A DNA stretch of 64,000 nucleotides from Clostridia bacterium (GTDB lineage: Bacteria > Bacillota > Clostridia > TANB77 > CAG-508), in the NCBI GenBank assembly GCA_051891195.1, contig JBJFEZ010000061.1, positions 10,178 to 74,177 of the forward strand. The letters are read 5' to 3'. Shown here one piece after another: positions 17,662 to 25,665 of the stretch. The notes beneath the pieces were generated by a model. That model was not told the DNA's origin, ran no database searches, and saw only the letters and a list, made by a program, of their open reading frames with translations. Every line of letters starts with the position of its first letter. Positions within the stretch are counted from its first letter, which is position 1. Made by a program: the position numbers and the translations under genes.

Positions 17662-18957
17662 ATGAAAATGCAAGAAAATAAAGAATTAAAAATCAAATTA
17701 AAAACAGCAATTATTTTAATTGTAATATTATTAATAGCAGTAGTAGCAATATTTGCATTAATAATGAATAAGGGAGACGAAATTGGTTCTAAAGGTGGTA
17801 GTACAATAGTTGGTAATGAATCAGAAAAACAACAAGCTATGGATACAGATTTTTCAATGAGTTTTTTAAAATTAGAAAATGATAAACAAAATATGATATA
17901 TAGCCCACTATCAATAAAATATGCATTAAAAATGCTAAACGAAGGTGCAAATGGAAATACTAAGACTCAAATAGAAAATGTAATAGGAGAATTAAATTTA
18001 ACAAAGTATAATAATATTGATAAAGTATTATCTTTAGCCAATGGTGTATATATTAGAGATACTTATGCTAAATATGTAAAAGAAGATTATAAAAAAATAC
18101 TAACTGAAAAATATAATGCTGAAATAAATTATGATTCTTTTAATAATGCTAATAATATAAACAATTGGATTGAGAATAAAACTTTAGGAATAATAAAAAA
18201 TATGTTAAAAGATGATTTAGTAAGAGATCCGCTTACAGAAATGCTTCTTATAAATGCCTTGGCTATTGATATGGAATGGGAAGAATCTTTTGATAGCAGT
18301 AAGACTTATGGAGAAGAATTTAATTTAGATAACGGAAACAAGATGATAGCAACAATGATGCATAAAGAAACAAAAAGTGATAATATATCATATTATAAAA
18401 ACAAAGATGTTACAGCTTTAACAATGGATTTAAAAGAATATAATGATACACAACTAGAGTTTATTGCGATAATGCCTGAAGAAAATCTGTCAGATTATAT
18501 AGAAAGTTTTACTATAGATGATTTTGATACTATTATAAAAAAATCAAAATTAGCTTCTAAAACTAAACATGGCGTAGACATTTCAATACCAAGATTTTCA
18601 TTTGATTATGATTTAAAACTTAAGAACGACTTGATAAAATTAGGAATAACAGATGCTTTCAGTGATCGCGTAGCCGATTTTTCTAATATGTCAAATAGAG
18701 AACTTTATGTTAGCGATGCATTACATAAAGCAAATATAGATTTCACTGAAAAAGGTGTTAAAGCTGCAGCAGTTACTGTAATTGTTATGGCAGACAAATC
18801 AATGGTAGCAACTCCTACTAAACCTGAAGAAATAAAAATAGATAAACCTTTCTTGTATATGATTAGAGATAAAAATACAGGAGAACTATGGTTTGTAGGA
18901 ACTGTTTATGAACCAAATTCTTGGGAAGATGATAAGGCAGATTATCAATATAGATAA
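17662..18957 (+). CDS. Serpin-family serine protease inhibitor with N-terminal membrane anchor
   Basis: 431 aa. N-terminal TM helix; hinge and reactive-centre-loop region EKGVKAAAVTVIVM; C-terminal KPFLYMIRDKNTGELWFVGTVYEP (serpin signature F..D.PF.F.I). Confidence 0.8.
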   Translation: MKMQENKELKIKLKTAIILIVILLIAVVAIFALIMNKGDEIGSKGGSTIVGNESEKQQAMDTDFSMSFLKLENDKQNMIYSPLSIKYALKMLNEGANGNTKTQIENVIGELNLTKYNNIDKVLSLANGVYIRDTYAKYVKEDYKKILTEKYNAEINYDSFNNANNINNWIENKTLGIIKNMLKDDLVRDPLTEMLLINALAIDMEWEESFDSSKTYGEEFNLDNGNKMIATMMHKETKSDNISYYKNKDVTALTMDLKEYNDTQLEFIAIMPEENLSDYIESFTIDDFDTIIKKSKLASKTKHGVDISIPRFSFDYDLKLKNDLIKLGITDAFSDRVADFSNMSNRELYVSDALHKANIDFTEKGVKAAAVTVIVMADKSMVATPTKPEEIKIDKPFLYMIRDKNTGELWFVGTVYEPNSWEDDKADYQYR

Positions 18958-18970
18958 ATTATAAAGTATA

Positions 18971-18995
18971 AAGGAGCTGTGTTGCTCCTTTTTTT
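18971..18995. terminator. Bidirectional terminator between the serpin and relaxase genes
   Basis: aaggagc tgtgtt gctcctt followed by ttttt. Confidence 0.6.
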
Positions 18996-20283
18996 ATCTA
19001 TCTCTATATTTATTTTTAGATTTAGCTTTTTCTTGCTGTTCAGCTTTTTGTCTTTCTTCTTTTAACTTTTGATGAAGCTCATATATTTTAATTTTATCTA
19101 TTCTACTTTGAATATTATCACAATGTCTTATTTCTTCAGCAAGTGGTGTAATCTTTTTAGAAATTTCTACAATTTGATTTTCAATATTTTTCTTTTCATC
19201 TTCAGTTTTAGCTCTTTTATGCTTTTTCCATAAGTTTTCTCTTTCACTTTTTAGAGGATTAATTTTATCATAAGCAGATTTTTTAAAATCAAACAATCCT
19301 TGCTCCGTATTAATCTTATATTTAGCTAAAAATTTTGCTTGATTTGAATATTCATCCATTTGTTTTATTTCTTTTAACAATTCTGGAGTTATTCTTGTTA
19401 TATTCGATTTTGAGACTTTTTCTACATTTATACCTAATAATTTCTCATAATGAAATATCAAACCAAGAATAGAGCTTTTATTTTGAAGGTAACTTTCTTT
19501 TATATTGTTATATTTTTGAAAAGTTCTGTCAAGTAATGATTTAGGATTAGGAGTGTATGGAAAACGTGGCTGAGTTTCTAATATTCTTTTATAAATATTT
19601 TCTTTTGAATATTTATTTCCAAATTGTCTTTCAATTCTAGTGTTTCTTTTATAAGGCTCTCGCCTAATTGATAAAGTATCATTTTTATCAGTAACAATAT
19701 AATCTAAATCTTGAAGAATTTTTATAAACTCATTATAATCTTTTGCATTTTCTATTGCATAATCAATAGAATCTTTCATTAACTCTTTATATAAACTACT
19801 TGAAGCATATTTATTATATTTTTCTTCTTGTTTTAAAACACTTAATCCATAATCTTCACAAAGTCTATCAGATGTTTTTCGCATAGTAGCATAATCCTTT
19901 TTAGTATTGCAAAATCTTTTTCCATCTAGGAAAGAAACAGAGTTTAAAACAAAATGATTATGAATATTATCAGTATTTAAATGAGTTGAAACAACTACTT
20001 GATATTTATCTCCCCATAGCTCTTCAGCAAGTTTTATTCCAATTTCATGTGCTTGTTCTGGAGTAACCTCTTTTTCAGCAAAAGATTGAATTGCATGAAA
20101 ACATTCAATACCACCTGTTTTAAAAAATTGTTTTTTTACATTCTTCATTTCATAAAAAGCAGTATCGGGCATACAATTTATACCTGATACATATAGCTTG
20201 TGTTCGGTTTTTTCTCCATTAATTGCATATTCGATAAGACTGTCTAATCTGCTCTTGAATTTCCATATTTTTGTTGTAGCCAT
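18994..20283 (-). CDS. MOBV-family mobilization relaxase (MobM/Pre-like)
   Basis: 429 aa, HLNTDNIHNHFVLNSVSF (H.DE..H.H-type motif in MOBV relaxases), coiled-coil C-terminus. Confidence 0.75.
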   Translation of the reverse strand: MATTKIWKFKSRLDSLIEYAINGEKTEHKLYVSGINCMPDTAFYEMKNVKKQFFKTGGIECFHAIQSFAEKEVTPEQAHEIGIKLAEELWGDKYQVVVSTHLNTDNIHNHFVLNSVSFLDGKRFCNTKKDYATMRKTSDRLCEDYGLSVLKQEEKYNKYASSSLYKELMKDSIDYAIENAKDYNEFIKILQDLDYIVTDKNDTLSIRREPYKRNTRIERQFGNKYSKENIYKRILETQPRFPYTPNPKSLLDRTFQKYNNIKESYLQNKSSILGLIFHYEKLLGINVEKVSKSNITRITPELLKEIKQMDEYSNQAKFLAKYKINTEQGLFDFKKSAYDKINPLKSERENLWKKHKRAKTEDEKKNIENQIVEISKKITPLAEEIRHCDNIQSRIDKIKIYELHQKLKEERQKAEQQEKAKSKNKYRDR

Positions 20284-20620
20284 TTGAAGCTCCTTTCTTT
20301 TGAGGAGTAAGATAAACTTCTTGCATACTTAAAACAAAATCTTGTATTTGATTTAATAATGGTGTAAATTTATCTTCTCTCATATAACCTTGATATCTGT
20401 TATGAGTTCTTGCCATCTGATTTAAATTGTTTGCCATATTTCTTAATAAAGAAAGTATTTCATAAAATCTTTCATCAGGTTGTTCTCTTAATTGATAATC
20501 TGAAATGATTTTTCTGAAAAATTCTGATTTGTTCAATCCAGATTTTTTTACTTTTTCATCAAAGATTTTTTTCTCTTCTTCATTTAAGAAAACATTAATT
20601 TTTATATTACGATTTCTCAT
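20219..20620 (-). CDS. mobC: MobC-type relaxosome accessory protein
   Basis: 133 aa, ..KINVFLNEEEKKIFDEKVKKSGLNKSEFFRKIISD.. (MobC ribbon-helix-helix family). Upstream of the relaxase and overlapping it. Confidence 0.7.
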   Translation of the reverse strand: MRNRNIKINVFLNEEEKKIFDEKVKKSGLNKSEFFRKIISDYQLREQPDERFYEILSLLRNMANNLNQMARTHNRYQGYMREDKFTPLLNQIQDFVLSMQEVYLTPQKKGASNGYNKNMEIQEQIRQSYRICN

Positions 20621-20679
20621 AAAATTTCACCTCACTTTCTAAAAAATTCTTTATAATTTCTTTTTGGTTTAAAATAGGG

Positions 20680-20770
20680 TTTGGGACTTGTCCCATTCTT
20701 GATAGTATTTGTGGCGTGAGTACAAATACGTTGCTTGCATATTCAAGAAATCTAAAGAGTACTCACATTC
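20680..20770. promoter_or_regulatory. Candidate oriT upstream of mobC
   Basis: Inverted repeats gggac/gtccc (20683-20694) and gtgagtac/gtactcac (20716-20723 and 20759-20766) in the mobC 5' region. Confidence 0.3.
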
Positions 20771-20849
20771 AAAATCTCTTAATATTACTTACTGAAAGAA
20801 AAAATAAGGCACAAAATTTTAAAAATTGTGCCTTAAAGTTATTAAATTT

Positions 20850-21176
20850 CTATCTTAAAATTCCAATTTTTTTGAAGAAAAAGTAAGCCTCTTTACCACC
20901 TAAAAAGAATATTTCTTTTTCCTCAATTGATTGCATATCATAATAAATTTCTACTAATTTTGAGAGAGCTGTACACTCTTTATTTGATAAATTTCTGTTT
21001 TCAGTTTGACCTTCTAAAATCCAAACTAGATTTTCATTTTCATCTAAAATTTTATGATATTTTTCTTGTAATTTTATATATTTTTGATTTTTCTTTCTTA
21101 AAATTCTTTTAACATCATCTAAATATTCTTCAAACATATCTTCATATTCTTTATAAAATGATTTTATTTCTAACAT
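20850..21176 (-). CDS. Hypothetical protein; its N-terminus is conserved in the decayed second island
   Basis: 108 aa. MLEIKSFYKEY is also the N-terminus of ORF 24882-25118. Confidence 0.45.
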   Translation of the reverse strand: MLEIKSFYKEYEDMFEEYLDDVKRILRKKNQKYIKLQEKYHKILDENENLVWILEGQTENRNLSNKECTALSKLVEIYYDMQSIEEKEIFFLGGKEAYFFFKKIGILR

Positions 21177-21187
21177 AACTATTCCTC

Positions 21188-21541
21188 CTAAACATATATC
21201 AATTCTTTTAATATAATTTCTTCTGCAGAGTGTTTTATATTATTCATTAATCCAACCCATTTTAGTTGGTCTTTTGCTTTTAATTCTTCAGTAATATTTT
21301 CTTTTGCTGCATATTGTTTCATTAATAAGTCAAATCTTTCATTAGCAATTTTATCAATTTCCGTTAAATGTTTTTGTAATTTATTATCCATTAGCAAAAT
21401 GGTATATTCAGCTTTCTTATGTTCTTTAAGATATTTAAGTCTTAATTTTCCGTATTTTCCTATTTCAAAATTTTTCATATTACTTGGTGCTACTAAATTT
21501 GGTAAATAGTAATCGCCAACTTTTGTATATTCAATTTTCAT
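21188..21541 (-). CDS. TnpV-like conserved mobile-element protein
   Basis: 117 aa. MKIEYTKVGDYYLPNL N-terminus, typical of Firmicute transposon TnpV-like proteins. 3' part duplicated at 25120-25268. Confidence 0.45.
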   Translation of the reverse strand: MKIEYTKVGDYYLPNLVAPSNMKNFEIGKYGKLRLKYLKEHKKAEYTILLMDNKLQKHLTEIDKIANERFDLLMKQYAAKENITEELKAKDQLKWVGLMNNIKHSAEEIILKELIYV

Positions 21542-21549
21542 ATTAAATC

Positions 21550-21995
21550 AATTCCTTTCATTTTTATTTATAGAAACTTGAGGGAGAGAGCGAAGATAAT
21601 TAGGCGTAATAATCCCAATGTTTAAAAAAGGATTATTACACCTAGAGAATAAGAAACCGTCAGTCGGTCGCTTCGTTTCATAGGTAGTCTAGTAAGTAGA
21701 AGAACTACTACAATTGCTGATAATTTATCAATGTGCATACTTGTCCACACTTTTTACAATTGCAAATCCACATCCAAGCTTTGCCTCCCAAGAACTCTTT
21801 TATTATTGTGAGTCTATGGTTGTAAAATCTCACTCACGCACTTTGTATAAATAGACCGTTTATACTAATACGGGCTAATTTTATAGCATCGGCTTGCCAA
21901 ACCTAGTACTTTTATAGAGGTACTGCATTTCTCTGCATAATAAAAAGACTCCATTAGTAATTTAGACAATTACTAATAGAATCTTCAAATATAAT
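21550..21995. other. GC-richer (~38-40%) non-coding stretch with several hairpins; no ORF of 60 aa or more in any frame
   Basis: Compositional contrast with the flanks. Hairpins aggcgtaataatcc/ggattattacacct, gtgagt..actcac, agtac..gtact. Confidence 0.3.
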
Positions 21996-21999
21996 TAGT

Positions 22000-23139
22000 T
22001 TAATTTAAATTTTTAATTTCGGTATATCGATTGTAAAGTTTATTTATTAAAGTATCTAATTCTTCTGTCATTTCAATTTCTTTGTAGTAGTATTGTTTAA
22101 TAAGTTTTAATTCATGACTACTTACTTGTATATCAAGAAAAGTCAATCCTTGACAATAGCTTTCATTTGGATTACCAGTAAAATTTGGATCAATACTTCT
22201 TTCATATAAAACTGTTACTATATATTCTAATAATTCATTTTTGGTGAAGGCTCCTTGTTTGAATTTTTCTAATAATGGTGATGTCTTGAAAAAGATTTCT
22301 TTCATTAATTTTAAGTTTGTATGAATACCATTTCCTAAATCTAAATATGCATCATCAGGGATTATTCTATCATTTGAGACTGTTCCAGAATAATCAGCCT
22401 TCTTTATTTTTTCAGCATATCCCATTAAATTAACAGGAGGCATAACAATATTATTAATTGCTGTCATCATTAATAAATAAAATAAATATAAATTATTTTC
22501 TAATTTATCTTCATGTGTAACCAATATGGTATTATCAGTAGGAACAATTTCAATTTCTTTAAAACCATGTCTATTTATACCAAAAATTAATCCTTTATCC
22601 AAAATGCATACAATGCTTAACCTATTTTTTATATCTATACTATTATTAAACTCATCAATTTTTTTAACAATGTTATTTAAACTGGTGTCACTAGAATATG
22701 CAAATATCATGCATATTGGTGGAATAATAGAAGAAATTATTAAAGGAGATGAGAAAGGTTTTGTTTTTTCTAACTTTTTTACACTTTCTATATTTTTAAT
22801 ACTTTTCTCTAGTTCATCAACTGTTAGTGTTGATTTTACTTCAATAGTAGCATAGACACTCTCAATAGGAATTACTTGTACACTTTCAGTTTCCATTAAT
22901 TTAGGGCTATTAAAGTTATCATAAATTATAAAATCTTGTTGCCTACTTTGAGTTTCATTAGCATCAACAATAACTCCATTTCCTATAGCATATTTAGTTG
23001 GAAAAAGTTTAGATAAATATTCTTTTAATTTATCCTCTCTAATTGTTCCTTTTAATCCATTATGCTCAATTTTACTACTTAATTTTTGATAATCACTTTG
23101 TAAATTCTTTGCCATTTCTTGTAAATTATAAATAAACAT
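22000..23139 (-). CDS. Hypothetical protein with N-terminal PD-(D/E)xK nuclease-like motif (candidate defence or abortive-infection nuclease)
   Basis: 379 aa. ..GTIREDKLKEYLSKLFPTKYAIGNGVIVD..SRQQDFIIYD..IPIESVYATIEVKS fits a D..(D/E)xK core. No other family recognised. Confidence 0.4.
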   Translation of the reverse strand: MFIYNLQEMAKNLQSDYQKLSSKIEHNGLKGTIREDKLKEYLSKLFPTKYAIGNGVIVDANETQSRQQDFIIYDNFNSPKLMETESVQVIPIESVYATIEVKSTLTVDELEKSIKNIESVKKLEKTKPFSSPLIISSIIPPICMIFAYSSDTSLNNIVKKIDEFNNSIDIKNRLSIVCILDKGLIFGINRHGFKEIEIVPTDNTILVTHEDKLENNLYLFYLLMMTAINNIVMPPVNLMGYAEKIKKADYSGTVSNDRIIPDDAYLDLGNGIHTNLKLMKEIFFKTSPLLEKFKQGAFTKNELLEYIVTVLYERSIDPNFTGNPNESYCQGLTFLDIQVSSHELKLIKQYYYKEIEMTEELDTLINKLYNRYTEIKNLN

Positions 23140-23221
23140 ATTTATTCCTCCATACTATGAAATTTTCCTAATTATATCATATTTTCGTAAAAAATAAAAT
23201 CAATAATAAATAGTCTATTAC

Positions 23222-23250
23222 ATCTAACATATCTAACAAAACATCTAACA
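23222..23250 (+). repeat. Three direct ATCTAACA repeats (candidate arm-type recombinase-binding sites) near the island right end
   Basis: catctaacatatctaacaaaacatctaaca. Confidence 0.35.
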
Positions 23251-23403
23251 TTTTTTCAAAAAACTTGCAAAAAGTATAAAAACTATGTTATAGTTTAATA
23301 AGTAAGAAAAACGACGATGAGTGCTAGAAAATCCATAGTTTTGAGCTTTCTAAAAAGTAATATTTAATACTAAAAATAAATAAGTATAAAATAGCTTAAA
23401 AGA

Positions 23404-23458
23404 CTCAAAATCCTGCGAAGTAACATTCGTGTGGGTTCGACCCCCACCACCTGCACCA
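23404..23458 (+). repeat. 3' half of tRNA-Leu(CAA), anticodon loop to CCA; attR-side partner of the 12700-12740 fragment
   Basis: ctcaaaatcctgcgaagtaacattcgtgtgggttcgacccccaccacctgcacca. Preceded by non-tRNA sequence, followed by terminator 23465-23498. Confidence 0.85.
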
Positions 23459-23464
23459 TTAAAG

Positions 23465-23498
23465 TAAGAGAGCACACTCAATGAGTGTGCTCTCTTGT
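23465..23498 (+). terminator. Hairpin terminator following the tRNA 3' half
   Basis: aagagagcacactc aatg agtgtgctctctt. Confidence 0.5.
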
Positions 23499-23659
23499 AT
23501 TAAAGACCTAAGTCTTCTGCCTGTGCTTTTGTGACAATGTGTATTCCCTGTTTAATAAGGATATCTTTGAGTATTTCCATATGAAATTCTTAATACATTT
23601 AAAGAACATAGCTATAATATCATATTTATGTAAATCTGTCAAAAATTTTTAAGCGATTA

Positions 23660-23866
23660 CCAAACAAAACTTGACTATTGTCTATAAAAAGATATGATAG
23701 TTATGAAATGCGAGAAATAGAAGAAAAATGCAAGAGGAGAAATTTTAGAATTGTCAGCAGAAAATGAAATGAACCCTGTTGTATCCATTGGATAGAAGAT
23801 AAAGTTTCTGGTAAGTTCGGTAGTGGTGCAAAACTTCCAACTGATAATTATGAATTTGTAAAATAG
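23660..23866 (+). pseudogene. Patchwork remnant of the Zn-ribbon / HipA-like / HipS-like cassette
   Basis: Consecutive segments match 15147-15180 (promoter), 15369-15400, 15735-15795, 16275-16315 and 17520-17555 of the intact island. Confidence 0.7.
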
Positions 23867-24030
23867 TTATAATACTAATAATAAAAAGATAGAATAATTG
23901 ATAGCAGAAATAATAATTGAATACTGAAAAAAATTACAAAATAAAAATATTTGGTTTTAACTTGTCATAATTATAATATTATGCTATATTAAATTAGAAT
24001 AATAATTATTAATTAAAGGGGAAATAGAAA

Positions 24031-24750
24031 ATGAAAAAAGTTAAAATAGCAATAATTACTTTGATATGTTTAGTAATAATATTAATAGGAACTATTTTTA
24101 TTATTAAATTACAGTCTATAAGTGAAATTTCGGATTATATAGTATTTAAAACAGCTAATTATGAATCAATAGAAGATGTGGTTTTTTATAGCAAAGACTT
24201 AAATTTAGATGATGAATTGAAAGATAATCTTACTATAATAGCAAATCAATTAAAAGTAAAATATCCTGGTAAAAGTATCTTATATTTAAGAAATCTAGGA
24301 AGTGCTTCACTTTTTGACGCTAAGGAATTATATAGATGTATGCAAATCATAAATGGACAAAAATTAGACGATACAGATATGAATGTATTAATTAAAGAAG
24401 ATGGAAGTGTTGAAATCCAATTTTTAATTAGATGTGCTTGGAAAAGTGGAAGTGATATTGACAATGTCCAAATAACACAAGAACAAGCTGAAAAAATTGT
24501 AATAGATTATTTGTATAAAAATCCAGATGATTATAAAGTATTAAGAAGTGGTTTTAATTTTACATTTAATTCTGCTACTCACGAAATGAGTAAAGTTAAT
24601 ACTGAAACATGTACAGTTGAGTTGTACAAATATAATTCTAAAACAGCTTGGAAAATGCAATTTTCAACAGGTGATAGTTATATAATAATAGATGCTAATA
24701 CTGGTAAGATTTTAGATACATACTTTTTTTGTGGAATTTACGTAGATTAA
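24031..24750 (+). CDS. Hypothetical membrane-anchored protein (PepSY-like C-terminal motif), cargo of the decayed island
   Basis: 239 aa, N-terminal TM helix, ..YIIIDANTGKILD.. near the C-terminus. Confidence 0.45.
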   Translation: MKKVKIAIITLICLVIILIGTIFIIKLQSISEISDYIVFKTANYESIEDVVFYSKDLNLDDELKDNLTIIANQLKVKYPGKSILYLRNLGSASLFDAKELYRCMQIINGQKLDDTDMNVLIKEDGSVEIQFLIRCAWKSGSDIDNVQITQEQAEKIVIDYLYKNPDDYKVLRSGFNFTFNSATHEMSKVNTETCTVELYKYNSKTAWKMQFSTGDSYIIIDANTGKILDTYFFCGIYVD

Positions 24751-24881
24751 ATGTGATTAAAAAATTTTCAAAGATATACAATATCCATTAATAGTTATTG
24801 TATATCTTGTTTTTTTATCTCCAAACCTCTCTATTTTTAACCTTAACTTTGCTATTTCCTTCTTGACTCATTTCTTTAATA

Positions 24882-25118
24882 TTATTTTTCGTTCTTAAAA
24901 GTATTGTCTTCAATAAAATCACATAGTTTAATATTTTTATTTAATTCATCTATTTTAGTGGCTAATTTTTGAATTTTAGAGCAAATAAATTGACCTTCTT
25001 CATCAGTTTTAATTCTTTTGCGCTTTCTCCATAAGTTTTCTCTTAATCTTTTTAATTCAACTATTTTATTTATAAGTGAAGATTTATATTCTTTATAAAA
25101 TGATTTTATTTCTAACAT
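24882..25118 (-). pseudogene. Chimeric remnant: N-terminus of the 20850-21176 gene family fused to a relaxase C-terminal fragment
   Basis: MLEIKSFYKEY.. then ..RENLWRKRKRIKTDEEGQFICSKIQKLATKIDELNKNIKLCDF, which parallels relaxase residues ..RENLWKKHKRAKTEDEKKNIENQIVEISKKITPLAEEIRHCDN. Confidence 0.55.
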
Positions 25119-25119
25119 A

Positions 25120-25268
25120 ACAATTCCTCCTATACATATATCAATTCTTTTAATATAATTTCTTCAACAGAATGCTTTATATTATTCATTAATCCAACCC
25201 ATTTTAGTTGGTCTTTTACTTTTAATTCTTCAGTAATATTTTCTTTTTCTGCAAATTGCTTCATTAAT
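25120..25268 (-). pseudogene. Truncated copy of the tnpV-like gene 5' region with its RBS
   Basis: About 90% nucleotide identity to 21176-21325. Confidence 0.6.
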
Positions 25269-25431
25269 ACATCCAACATTTTTTCAAAAAACTTGCAAAA
25301 AGTAAAAAGACTATGTTATAATTAAGCAAGTAAGAAAAACGATGATGAGTGCTAGAAAATCCATAGTTTTGAGCTTCTTAAAAAGTAATATTTAATACTA
25401 AAAATAAATAAGTATAAAATAGCTTAAAAGA

Positions 25432-25485
25432 CTTAAAATCCTGCGAAGTAACATTCGTGTGGGTTCGCCCCCACCATCTGCACCA
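25432..25485 (+). repeat. Second, more degenerate copy of the tRNA-Leu 3' half (outermost att repeat)
   Basis: cttaaaatcctgcgaagtaacattcgtgtgggttcgcccccaccatctgcacca: one deletion in the T-loop and two substitutions relative to 23404-23458. Confidence 0.75.
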
Positions 25486-25665
25486 CAAATTAGTTTGATA
25501 AGGATAATTGATTTTTAAGATTTTGTTTCTTATCTATGTTATATACAAGCAATCAACAAATTATGAAAATTTAAAATATAGGCAAAAAATATAGAAAAGG
25601 CTTTAGAGCATCTAGAAAATAAATATCAAGAAAAAACTTTTAAATATATAGGAGGAAATTATTAA

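Larger units (their letters stand above)
12741..23403. mobile_element. Integrative mobilizable island (~10.7 kb) inserted in the tRNA-Leu(CAA) anticodon loop; carries int, xis, a regulator, a HipA-like cassette, a serpin, MOBV relaxase with mobC and oriT, and its own tRNA-Leu
   Basis: Bounded by the split host tRNA halves (12700-12740 and 23404-23458) with core ctcaaaatc. The tyrosine integrase sits at the left end. ATCTAACA arm-type repeats near both ends. Confidence 0.8.
23459..25431. mobile_element. Decayed ~2-kb copy of a related island (deletion derivative)
   Basis: Ends with the same ~200-bp right-end sequence plus tRNA 3' half as the intact island (23230-23458 resembles 25270-25485). 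Carries fragments of the cassette and of the tnpV-like and relaxase genes. Confidence 0.65.

Noticed and set aside
20219-20283. A possible fifth frameshift, suggested by the 65-nt overlap between mobC and the relaxase ORF
   Set aside because: Both proteins read as complete family members and no CGGA-type insertion or fused reading frame could be found. The overlap is probably natural or reflects an alternative downstream start.
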